Shown here one piece after another: positions 1 to 14,659 of a stretch of DNA of 64,000 bases. The DNA lies in the NCBI RefSeq assembly GCF_009914755.1, contig NC_060943.1. The stretch is one strand, 5' to 3'. Every line of letters begins with the position of its first letter. The stretch's first letter is position 1. Made by a program: the position numbers and the translations under genes. The stretch is from the human T2T-CHM13v2.0 reference genome, Homo sapiens. The notes under the pieces were generated by a model that searched no databases, was not told the origin of the DNA, and was given only the letters and a program-made list of their open reading frames with translations.

Positions 1-925
<925 letters not shown>

Positions 926-1049
926 ATGTACTTTGGATTTTGAAAGGTCTGGCTCTGCTGCTCTCCAGCAGATGTGGTTGTGTGTCTTTGGGTAAGTCAC
1001 TCAACCTCTCTGAGTCATGTTTTATTTTCACATATGGGTATTGGGAATG

Positions 1050-1560
1050 GTGTCCATTTCCTGTGGCTGCTGTAACAAATTGCCACAAACTTGGTCGCTT
1101 AAAACAAAAAAAACTTACCTATCATTCTGGAGGTCAGAAGTCTGAAATGGGTCCCACTGGGCTAAAATAGAGGCAATGGCAGGGCTGCGTTCCTTCTGGA
1201 TGCTGTACGGAAGAACTATTTTCTTACTTTTTCCTGTATCTAGGGTCAACCATGTTTCTTGGCTCATGTCCCCTTCCCCCAACTTCAAAGCCAGCAGTGG
1301 CTGGCCAGCTCTTTCTTACATCACATCACTCTGACAATGCTTTTCTTGGTTTCAGCTTTCACTTATAAAGACTCTTGTGGTTACATTCATTGCCCCTGGA
1401 TGATCCAAGATAATATGCCCATCTTGAGATCAGCATGATTAGCAACCTTAATTCCATCTGCAACCTTAATTCCTCCTTCGCCATGGACCATAACATATTC
1501 ACAGGTTCCAGGGATTAGGACATGGTCCTCTTGGAAGGGTCTGTTATTCTGCCTGCCACA
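1050..1560. mobile_element. MLT1-type MaLR LTR
   Basis: gctgctgtaacaaattgccacaaactt...ttctggaggtcagaagtctgaaat...ccaca termini. Confidence 0.75.
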
Positions 1561-3199
1561 AGGATGACAGCAGCAAGTGAGCCTCTTTCCTAGCACCTGG
1601 GAGCCTGCTCCCACCTGTGGTCTTGTCCTTTTGAAGCTCACAGTGTGGTGGTGAAGGTGGCCATGAAGGAGCAACTCACTGAAACAATCAAGCAGTCACG
1701 GTTTTGATGAATTCCATAAAAGAAGAGCTCAGGGAGCTGTGGAGGAGTCAGGGAAGGCTTCCTGGAGGAAGTGATGCTAAAGCAAGATCTGAAAAATGAG
1801 TGGAAGCTGGCCAGGCAAAGCAGAGGCAGAGGGAACAGCATGTGCAAAGGCCCTGTGGTAGGAAGGCTAGAAATGGAGTGCAAAGAGAAACTGACATGAT
1901 GAGGCTGAATGATGTGGTTGGGTCTGGTCACTGGGGGCTTTGCAGTTCATGTTGAGTAATTTGAGTTTTATTTCTAAGGAGAACAAAGAGCATTATAGGC
2001 AAGGGGTGGAGGTGGGAGATCAAATGTGCATTCAGAGATGACCATGGTGTGGAGTAGAAGATTGTGGAGGACAATGGGGTATATAGAAATGTTAAATTCA
2101 GAGGAAGATCTGGATCAGGCATAGCCAAGGTGGTGGGGTTAAATGGGTAATTGTCAAATTATATTTGGGAAGGGGGATCAACAGGGCTTGGAGGCTTATT
2201 AAATGTGGTGGCTAAACAGGCAACCTGAGGTACAGACACGTGAAATCACTTGTCCCAAGACTGGATTGGCTAGGATAGAGTGTTGATTGTTTCCATAGAA
2301 ACAAAATAACTATGAATGAAACAATGCAGATGTTTATTTTTATCTGTCTCATAAATCTCCAACTTGAAGATGGAACAGCGTCGTGGAACAACCTTGCCTA
2401 GGAGGTCATTCCATCTCCCAGGTGCCTTTTGCCTTGTTGCCTCTCCAATCTTAGGCGTGAGCCTCATCCCCGTGGTTGGAAATGGATCACCCCAGTCTGT
2501 CCATCTTCCAGCCCATGTGAAAAGGGAGAAAAAGTGTGGAGTATGCTCTTTCTTTTCAAGGGCATGACCAGACAGTACACACATCACTTCTATTCATTCT
2601 CCTTGGCCAGATTTTCACCAGGTGGCCACAGCTAGCTGCAAGAGAAGCTGGGAATGCAGTCCTAAACTGGATGGTTCTATTATTATAAGGAAGAGGGTGG
2701 AATGGATTTGGGGGAACAGCCACCATTCTTGGCTTTGAGGTTTGCTGCTGGAACTTGAACTCAGATCTGCCTTGTCCCGAAATTTGCAGTTTTCACTCTC
2801 ACACTTTTCTGTCTAGTGCTTGGATGTTCATGGTGTGATCCATGGAGCAACAGAATTGGCATCCTCCAGGCACTTGTTAGAAATGCAAAATCCCCGGCCC
2901 CCTTCCCCAGACCTGCTGAATTAGTACCTGATTTTCCAAGATGTTCTTGGAATCCAAGGGGAGGCAGGTGATACTGGTCTGTGGATACTTTGGGTAGCAA
3001 GGATCCAGATGAGTGCTTCTCAAACTTCCCTGTGCGCACACATCACCTGGGATCTTGTTCAAATGCAGATTCTGATTCAATGGATTTTGCATTTCCATCT
3101 AACTCCCAGGAGATGCTTATGTGGCTGACTCACAGACCCTACTCTGAGTAGAAAGGGTCTAGGATCTTTGAGGTACATGGTTAAATATGATTGGTTGCT

Positions 3200-3630
3200 G
3201 TATCCGTTTCCTAGGGCTGCTTAAAATGACAGAAATTTATTCTCTTCAAGTTCTGGAGTCCAGAAGTGTGAATTCAAGGTATTGGCAGGGCCAGTCTTTC
3301 TCCAAAGGCTATAGGGCAGAATCTGTTCCATGCCTTTTTTTAAGGCTTTTGTTATTGCTGGCAATCCTTGGTGTTCCTTGGCTTCTAGACATATCACTCT
3401 GATCCCGGTTTGCACTGTTGCATGGCACTGTCCCTGTGCATGTCTGTGTGTCTCTTCTCTTCTTATAAGGACACCTGTGGCCCACCCTACTCCAGCACTA
3501 CTTCATCTTAACTTTTATCTTAATTGCATCTACAAAGACCCAGTTTCCAAATAAGATGAAATTCACAGGTACCAGGGTTTAGGACTGTAACGTATCTTTT
3601 GGGAGGAACACAATCCAACCCATAACAGTC
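3200..3630. mobile_element. MLT1-type MaLR LTR
   Basis: cagaaatttattctct...ttctggag...tttccaaataag...ccataaca. Confidence 0.7.
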
Positions 3631-3715
3631 ACCTCCACCCTTGTATGCTGGGTTCCCTTGCAGCCTCACTCTAATGCTCTAATCTTGTCTAAACTTTTCT
3701 TTATACACTGCCTAG

Positions 3716-3859
3716 GTAATAACTGTAGAGACAGTACCTTGTGCCCAGCTTATGCCACCTGCACCAATACAGTGGACAGTTACTATTGCGCTTGCAAACA
3801 AGGCTTCCTGTCCAGCAATGGGCAAAATCACTTCAAGGATCCAGGAGTGCGATGCAAAG
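3716..3859 (+). CDS. ADGRE1: ADGRE1 coding exon (inferred exon 3), EGF-like domain 1
   Basis: ctag|GT acceptor, AAAG|gtgag donor; 144 nt, phase 1-1; encodes (G)NNCRDSTLCPAYATCTNTVDSYYCACKQGFLSSNGQNHFKDPGVRCK, recognised as EMR1. Confidence 0.97.
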
Positions 3860-4466
3860 GTGAGTTCATGTCCCCTCAAACCATCCAGCATTTGGTAGGA
3901 AAATCAAGTCAAAGCTGGCTGGGTATTGAATGTAGGTACTCCCCCACCCCCCATTTTTTTTTAAATCTGGTTTAACTATATATTTTAAGTGGAGTATTAG
4001 GTCATTTCTGTTCAAGGTTAATATTGATATGTGGGGGTGTTGTTACTGTCACAGCATTGCTAGCTAGTGTTGCTAGCAAACATGATTTTCTTCCTTCCTT
4101 CCTTCCTTCCTTGCTACTTCCCCACCCTTCCTCTCTTTGATCATGTAAATAATTCCTGGTCACTGTAAAATTTCATGGATGGTTGAGTTTCCTCACAATA
4201 TGGTGGCTGGATTCCAAGGATAAGCATCCCAAGAGAACAAGGTAGAACTACATGATATTTTTATGACCTAGTGTCACTTCCACCATAGTCACAAGTATGC
4301 TCAGATTCAAGATGGGGACATACCTTCCATTGCTTGACAGAAGAAGTACCAAAGTGAAGTGCATATGGGATGGGAGATATTGTTTTAACTTTTTTTTTTT
4401 TTTTTTTTGCAAAATACAGTCTTCTATCTAGTATAAGTAAATTTGTAACTCCAATTCTCTGTCTAG

Positions 4467-4622
4467 ATATTGATGAATGTTCTCAAAGCCCCCAGCCCTG
4501 TGGTCCTAACTCATCCTGCAAAAACCTGTCAGGGAGGTACAAGTGCAGCTGTTTAGATGGTTTCTCTTCTCCCACTGGAAATGACTGGGTCCCAGGAAAG
4601 CCGGGCAATTTCTCCTGTACTG
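4467..4622 (+). CDS. ADGRE1: ADGRE1 exon 4, calcium-binding EGF domain 2
   Basis: ctag|AT, ACTG|gtaatg; 156 nt, phase 1-1; DIDECSQSPQPCGPNSSCKNLSGRYKCSC...NFSCT. Confidence 0.97.
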
Positions 4623-4745
4623 GTAATGCTCTCAGGTTCCCAGGGATGGGTCTTGGGTGGATATCTATCAGTGGGGTGAGTTCATGTATTTCTGAACTGA
4701 GGCACCCAATTTCTTATCTGCTCACCCTCTTCCACTGCTTCTCAG

Positions 4746-4865
4746 ATATCAATGAGTGCCTCACCAGCAGCGTCTGCCCTGAGCATTCTGACTGTGTCAA
4801 CTCCATGGGAAGCTACAGTTGCAGCTGTCAAGTTGGATTCATCTCTAGAAACTCCACCTGTGAAG
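4746..4865 (+). CDS. ADGRE1: ADGRE1 exon 5, EGF domain 3
   Basis: tcag|AT, GAAG|gtatcc; 120 nt; DINECLTSSVCPEHSDCVNSMGSYSCSCQVGFISRNSTCE. Confidence 0.97.
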
Positions 4866-5624
4866 GTATCCATGACCATCTCTTTATTATTTACCTACTT
4901 AATTAATTAAGGGTCATCTCACTGGAAGACCATATGAGAAAGGGATTTTCTCATGTAGGGATAAGAAAATTGGGGCTCAGAGAGGTAAAAATATATAGTT
5001 GCTTATATCTTTTTCTATCCCTTTACTTTGAGCCTGTGGGTGTCTTTACATGCTAGGTAGGTCTCTTGTAGCCAGCACATGGTTGGGTCTTTTTAAAAAA
5101 TTTTTTATCTGGTTTAACAATCTATATCTTTTAAGTGGAGCATTAGGCCATTTCTATTCAAGGTTAATATTGATATTTGAGGGTTTTGTTCCTGTCACAG
5201 CATTGCTAGCTAGTATTGCTAGCAAACATGATTTCCTTCCTTCCTTCCTTCCTTCCTTCCTTCCTTCCTTCCTTCCTTCCTACTTCCCCACCCTTCCTCT
5301 CTCTGATCATGTAAATAATTCCTGGTCACTGTAAAATTTCATGGATGGTTGAGTTTCCTCACAATATGGTGGCTGGATTCCAAGGATAAGCATCCCAAGA
5401 GAACAAGGTGGAAGTACATGATATTTTTATGACCTAGTGTCACTTCCACCATAGTCACAAGTATGCTCAGATTCAAGATGGGGACGTACCTTCCATTGCT
5501 TGACAGAAGAAGTACCAAAGTGAAGCGCATATGGGATGGGAGATATTGTTTTAACTTTTTTTTTTGGCAAAATACAGTCTTCTATCTAGTATAAGTGAAT
5601 TTGTAACTCCAATTCTCTGTCTAG

Positions 5625-5780
5625 ATATTGATGAATGTTCTCAAAGCCCCCAGCCCTGTGGTCCTAATTCATCCTGCAAAAACATGTCAGGGAGGTACAA
5701 GTGCAGCTGTTTAGATGGTTTCTCTTCTCCCACTGGAAATGACTGGATCCCAGGAAAGCCGGGCAATTTCTCCTGTACTG
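5625..5780 (+). other. ADGRE1: Duplicated exon 4 copy (EGF2-like) with intact frame and splice sites; candidate cassette exon
   Basis: ctag|ATATTGAT acceptor, ACTG|gtgatg donor; 156 nt; six Cys retained; L>M and V>I changes only. Confidence 0.8.
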
Positions 5781-5903
5781 GTGATGCCCTCAGGTTCCCA
5801 GGGATGGGTCTTGAGTGGATATCTATCAGTGGGGTGAGTTCATGTATTTCTGAACTGAGGCACCCAATTTCTTATCTGCTCACCCTCTTTCACTGCTTTG
5901 CAA

Positions 5904-6013
5904 ATATCAGTGAGTCCCTCACCAGCAGCGTCTGCCCTGAGCATTCTGACTGTGTCAACTCCATGGGAAGCTACAATTGCAGCTGTCAAGTTGGATTCAT
6001 CTCTAGAAACTCT
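5904..6013 (+). pseudogene. Duplicated exon 5 copy, inactivated pseudoexon
   Basis: Acceptor cag>caa (5901-5903), first Cys>Ser, ~22 nt deletion removing last Cys and GT donor. Confidence 0.9.
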
Positions 6014-6714
6014 ATCTCTTTATTATTTACCTGCTTAATTAATTAAGGGTCATCTCACTGGAAGACCATATGAGAAAGGGATTTTCTCATGTAGGGATGA
6101 GAAAATTGGGGCTCAGAGAGGTAAAAATATATAGTTGCCTATATATTTTTCTATCCCTTTACTTTGGGCCTGTGGGTGTCTTTACATGTTAGGTAGGTCT
6201 CTTGTAGGCAGCACATGGTTTGGTCTTTTTTACAAAAATTTTTATCTGGTTTAACAATCTATATCTTTTAAGTGTAGCATTAGGCCATTTCTGTTCAAGG
6301 TTAATATTGATATTTGAGGGTTTTGTTCCTGTCACAGTGTTGCTCGCTACTTGCTTTGTGATCTCAGTTGTGTAATTGCTTTATAGGATCTGTGAACTAT
6401 ATGCAAATATTAAGTGGAAGAGCTGGGATTTGAACTCCTGCTGAGGACCTACTATAAGTCAAACAATGGTATCAGAATATAATGGGGTGCACTTGTCTCC
6501 AGACCGATATTTTCCCCAGGGGACATTGGCAACATCTGGAGATATTTTTGATTGTCTCAACCGGTGATGGTGGGGAGAGGTGCTGTGTATGGCATCTGAT
6601 GGGAAGAGGTCAGAGATGCTGCTAAACATCCTATAATGCACCGAAAGGCCCCCACAACCAAGAATAATCTGACCCTAAATGCCAATAGTGCTGAGGTGGA
6701 AAAACCTTATTCTG

Positions 6715-7825
<1,111 letters not shown>

Positions 7826-9193
7826 ATGTGTTGAATTCCTCCACTGTTTTCCATCCTTGGTTCAGGCTTGATCATCACTGCAGCAGCCTCCTCTCTAGTC
7901 TTGCCTTTTTCAGTCTTATTCTCTCCAATCCATCCTCTACACTGCAGCCAGAATGTCCTCACCAAGAGACAAGAGCTCCATCTTCCTGTGTCTAGTGCAT
8001 TGTTATTCTCCACATTCATTTATGGGATGGTGACTCCATTGAGAAAGGCAAGGAGTGGTCAAGCCCTCATTATATCCCCCTGGCTTAGTTTAAGAGATGT
8101 TTGAAATCATCTCTGCCTTTGCTACTCCATTTGTAGCAGTGAGCTATCACTGGGTAACAAATTGTCTTAAAAATTAGTGTCTAAAAACAACCACCATATA
8201 TTTAGCGCTTGATTCCATGAGTTGACATTTTAAGTGGTCTATTCTAGCCAGATCTTTTGGTCTCAACTGGTCTTGTTCTTGTGTCTGCAGTCAGCTGACC
8301 TTGGCTGGGCTTTTGTCTTGTTGCCTCTGCCACCTTAGGTGTGAGCCTCATCCCCATGGTTGGGAATGGATCACCCCACTCTGTCCATCTTCCAGCCCAG
8401 GTGAAAAGGGAGAAGAAGTGTAGAGTATGCTCTTTCTTTTCAAGGGCATGACCAGATGGTGCACACATCACTTCTATTTATTCTCCTTAGCCAGATTTTC
8501 ACCATGTAGCTACACCTAGCTGCAAGAGAAGCTGGGAATGCAGTCCTCAGCTGTATTGTTACATTATTACAAGGAGGAGGGAATGGGTCTCACATGTCTG
8601 GGGCTCATCTGGGATGATTCATTTCTCTCCCATTTGGTCTTTTGTTCTTCATTAGGCTAGTCAGGGGCTTGTTCATATGGCAGAGATCAGAGGCCCAATA
8701 GAATGAACAGAAGCCAACAGGTCTCTTGAGGCCCAGGTTTGGAATTAGCACCTCATTACTTCACTGTCTTCTATTGGTCAGTGCAAGTCGTAGGGCCAGC
8801 TGTATTTAAGGGGTAGAGAAACAGACTCCACCTCTTAATGCAAGGTATGGTAAAGTCACATCTCTTACAATCTACATCTTGGGGTGTAAATACAGAGAGA
8901 AGTAAAGGACTATGGCTACTTTTCCAATTTCTGATAATTATGTTTTGAAACTATTTGCCACCCTTCTGCTTACATGCTATTGGCTAGAATTTGCTCTCAT
9001 GGCCATGCCTACTGAAAGAAGGAACTGGGAAATATGTCCCACTGTGTGCCTGGGAAGAAGGGGGGAACATGGATATTGGGGAGCATCAGCCCTGTCTGCT
9101 GAAAATCAACACTCAGAGTGCATCTCCTATTTGTAGTCTCTACTCCTTGCTTTCTCATTTACCTTGACCTGGGTTTTCTCTTCCACTCTTCAG

Positions 9194-9340
9194 ACGTGGA
9201 TGAATGTGCAGATCCAAGAGCTTGCCCAGAGCATGCAACTTGTAATAACACTGTTGGAAACTACTCTTGTTTCTGCAACCCAGGATTTGAATCCAGCAGT
9301 GGCCACTTGAGTTTCCAGGGTCTCAAAGCATCGTGTGAAG
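9194..9340 (+). CDS. ADGRE1: ADGRE1 exon 6, EGF domain 4
   Basis: tcag|AC, GAAG|gtaggt; 147 nt; DVDECADPRACPEHATCNNTVGNYSCFC...ASCE. Confidence 0.97.
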
Positions 9341-9654
9341 GTAGGTGGGGGTGTCTTCTGAGAAGTCAGGTCCAAGTCTGTTTGAAAAGACAGCAGTGAG
9401 GGGATTAGGGTGGGTCTTGGTTGAGTTTGAGACTTTCATCTGCAAATCTGAAGCCAATAATCATTCATTCACTCATTAAAGAAATACCTCTTGAGCACTT
9501 ACAGTATACGTGGCACTATTCTAGGCACTGGGGATAGAGCAGTAAATAACATCTCCAAATAACATCCCACTGGGGCTTAGGGCTTCCATATAGGAATTTG
9601 GAGGAGGGGCACCATTCAGTCCATAGCACCCATGAACAAACAGCTTGTAAGTGA

Positions 9655-10704
<1,050 letters not shown>

Positions 10705-11128
10705 TTACTAGCTTAGCATAATAGAAATGTATCACTCTCATAATAATTCAATATGGATATACCTGGCTGGTGGGCAGCTTTTCTCCACATGGTGATAAAG
10801 GAGTTCAATCTCTCTCCATCTTTTGGTTTTTGCATTCCTTAGAGCCTTGGTGTTCCTGGTTTAGCCAGTTGAGGTGAAAGAGGGAGGAGAGAAGTCACAC
10901 CCACTTCTTGACCACCTTGGCCCTGAAGTGACATATATCATGGCTCTCATATTCCATGAGTGAAAAGTAGTCACATGACCTCACCTAGATGCAGAGGGTT
11001 CTAGGAAATGTAGTCCCTGGCTGGGACACCATTTTCTAGTGAAACATGACTCCATATTTTGCAAAGGGAAGCATGATTTTGTTGGCTCATTGGCCAACTT
11101 GGCTCCACACCCATTCTGTACCCCACAG

Positions 11129-11269
11129 ATATTGATGAATGCACTGAAATGTGCCCCATCAATTCAACATGCACCAACACTCCTGGGAGCTACTTTTGCA
11201 CCTGCCACCCTGGCTTTGCACCAAGCAATGGACAGTTGAATTTCACAGACCAAGGAGTGGAATGTAGAG
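11129..11269 (+). CDS. ADGRE1: ADGRE1 exon 7, EGF domain 5
   Basis: acag|AT, AGAG|gtgagc; 141 nt; [47 protein letters not shown] (translated by hand; not in ORF track). Confidence 0.96.
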
Positions 11270-11354
11270 GTGAGCAGAGAGTTTGATGGACAATCCAGAA
11301 AAGACATTTCTCTTTGCTCTTCTGGGTTTCTTGATATTCTCCAGTTCTTTGCAG

Positions 11355-11501
11355 ATATTGATGAGTGCCGCCAAGATCCATCAACCTGTGGTCCTAATTC
11401 TATCTGCACCAATGCCCTGGGCTCCTACAGCTGTGGCTGCATTGCAGGCTTTCATCCCAATCCAGAAGGCTCCCAGAAAGATGGCAACTTCAGCTGCCAA
11501 A
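11355..11501 (+). CDS. ADGRE1: ADGRE1 exon 8, EGF domain 6
   Basis: gcag|AT, CAAA|gtaata; 147 nt; DIDECRQDPSTCGPNSICTNALGSYSCGC...NFSCQ. Confidence 0.96.
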
Positions 11502-11821
11502 GTAATAATCTCTTTGTATGTCTTGGCAATGGAATCTGTTTCTGGCTTTGGTTGGAAAATTCTCATTCTACCCAACCTCGGGATCTTCCTCTTAGTGTTG
11601 CCTCATCCACATATTCTGTTTCTTTTTCTTCTTCATCCATTTACTCTTTCAACAAATGATTTTTGGAGTACCTATTAATTAATTAGTTAAACAGGACCCT
11701 GCAGTAGGCACTGAAGATTTGGTCCTGAATATCATAGGCATGCTTCTTGTCCTCTTGTAGCTTATAGTCTAGGGAAGGAGCCAGAACACACACACACCCA
11801 ATTATTTAATTATAACTATGA

Positions 11822-12969
<1,148 letters not shown>

Positions 12970-13751
12970 AACCTTTCTTTTAAAAAAGAATTTCAGAGTC
13001 CTTTCCCCTCCCCCCAAGAATAATGGGGAACCATGAAAGGTTTAAAACTGTTAAATTATGTATTATTTATTACATTAAAAATATGTGTAACTTATTGGAG
13101 GCAATGAAGTATAACAAGCAAATGAATATATCTGATGTATTTCCAAATATAATAAAGATAATATCATCAATGTCGCTGGTTCTCCTATATGTTTCTTCTC
13201 CATTCTATCTCCTTGTATCCTCCTTAGACAGCCACTTGGAATTTTGTGTTTATTATTTCCCTACTTAAAAAAATATTTTCCCATGGTATGTACCCCTAAA
13301 CAATATCTGCCTAGTATTGCTTGTGTTTGGAGCTTTGTAAAAATGATATCATACTACATATGACTATAGATGTATGTCTTTTATATGTATGACTTCTCTA
13401 ATTTGCTCTGTTTCACTCAATATCATGCCTCTTAGAGTGTAAGCTGTGCAGGGACATAATATTGAGTGAGAAGTCACACATATAAAAGACATACATCCAC
13501 AATCATATGCATGATTGCCTCTAAGAGGCATGATATTGAGTGAAACCGAGCAAATTAGAAAATTGTGTGTTGTAGTAAACACGTCCTTCATGTTGTAGTG
13601 TGTAGTTGTGGTTTGTTCATTTTCCCCCTTGTGTATTAGGGTAATAGATGGATTTTAAGTCGGGCACGGGAGGACATGAAATCAGACTTGAATTTTCATC
13701 TTATTTTGCTGAGGTTGAAGTTTGGTTTGGTTGCTGTTGTTTTCTTCCTAG

Positions 13752-13840
13752 GGGTTCTCTTCAAATGTAAGGAAGATGTGATACCCGATAATAAGCAGAT
13801 CCAGCAATGCCAAGAGGGAACCGCAGTGAAACCTGCATAT
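13752..13840 (+). CDS. ADGRE1: ADGRE1 exon 9 (stalk), followed by a GC donor
   Basis: ctag|GG; (R)VLFKCKEDVIPDNKQIQQCQEGTAVKPAY; only TAT|gcaagt keeps frame with the next exon. Confidence 0.92.
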
Positions 13841-14125
13841 GCAAGTATTTTTTAAGGTTCCTAGTTTTTGAGGTTTTCTTAGAAGCCATTTAGGTAGAAT
13901 GTTGTTTTTGCAGTTCTAACAAAGGCAAAAGTAATAGTGGCCAAAACCAGACAGCAGTTTATTTTTCTCCTCTGTAACCTGCTGAGTGTAAGCTGTGCAG
14001 AGCTCATACCATGGCTCCATTATGCTCTGCCAGCATCAACACAAGACTCCCACTTTGTGGCCCAAGGTGGCAGCTCCAGCTCCTGCCCTCACATCTGCAT
14101 TCCAGCTTGTGGGAAGGGGAGAAGA

Positions 14126-14135
14126 GGAAGTGAAA
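14126..14135 (+). promoter_or_regulatory. Candidate ETS-IRF composite element (PU.1/IRF8), GGAAGTGAAA
   Basis: aagaGGAAgtGAAA matches PU.1 core GAGGAAGT and EICE GGAANNGAAA; motif match only. Confidence 0.35.
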
Positions 14136-14659
14136 AGTACGGTCCTTCTCTTTAAGCGTATGACCCAGCACCACTTCTGCTTGCACCTGATTGGGTAGAA
14201 ATTAGTCACATGGTCCCACCTAGCTGCAAGGGAAGCTGGGAAGAGAGAATGTTTGCCTATCTAAAACTTGAGGATTCTCTTAATAAAAGAACGGGAGAAT
14301 ATATTGGAGTCTTCCTGCCAGTGAAGGTGTTGATGCTGCAACTGAGTAATGTTGGTGTGGGGGTGTTACACAGCCAGCCAGGCCAAAAGGAATTTGGACA
14401 TCCTGACTGTCTAATGAAGTCATTACAATGAGTAAAGACTCCATGACCTCTTTAGAAATCAATGTCACTATTCTAAATATGAGCTTGTAAATTGGCTATG
14501 GGCTTCCCACATGCCTTGGACCACTGTTTTTCTTTTTTAATTGTGGTGAGGTACACATAACATAAAATTCACCACTTTAACTATTTTAAAGTGTGCAATT
14601 CAGTGGCACTTAGACCATTCACAATGTTATGCAATCATCACCTCAATCTAGTTCTAGAA

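Larger units (their letters stand above)
4055..6337 (+). repeat. Intragenic tandem duplication, unit 1 4055-5200 and unit 2 5201-6337, spanning exons 4-5
   Basis: Near-identical sequence by eye (exon 4 copy differs at 3 of 156 nt); a more diverged homolog of the unit end lies at 3961-4054. Confidence 0.95.

Noticed and set aside
13845-13846. GT dinucleotide as the exon 9 donor
   Set aside because: Adds 4 nt and breaks the frame with exon 10; the GC at 13841 fits
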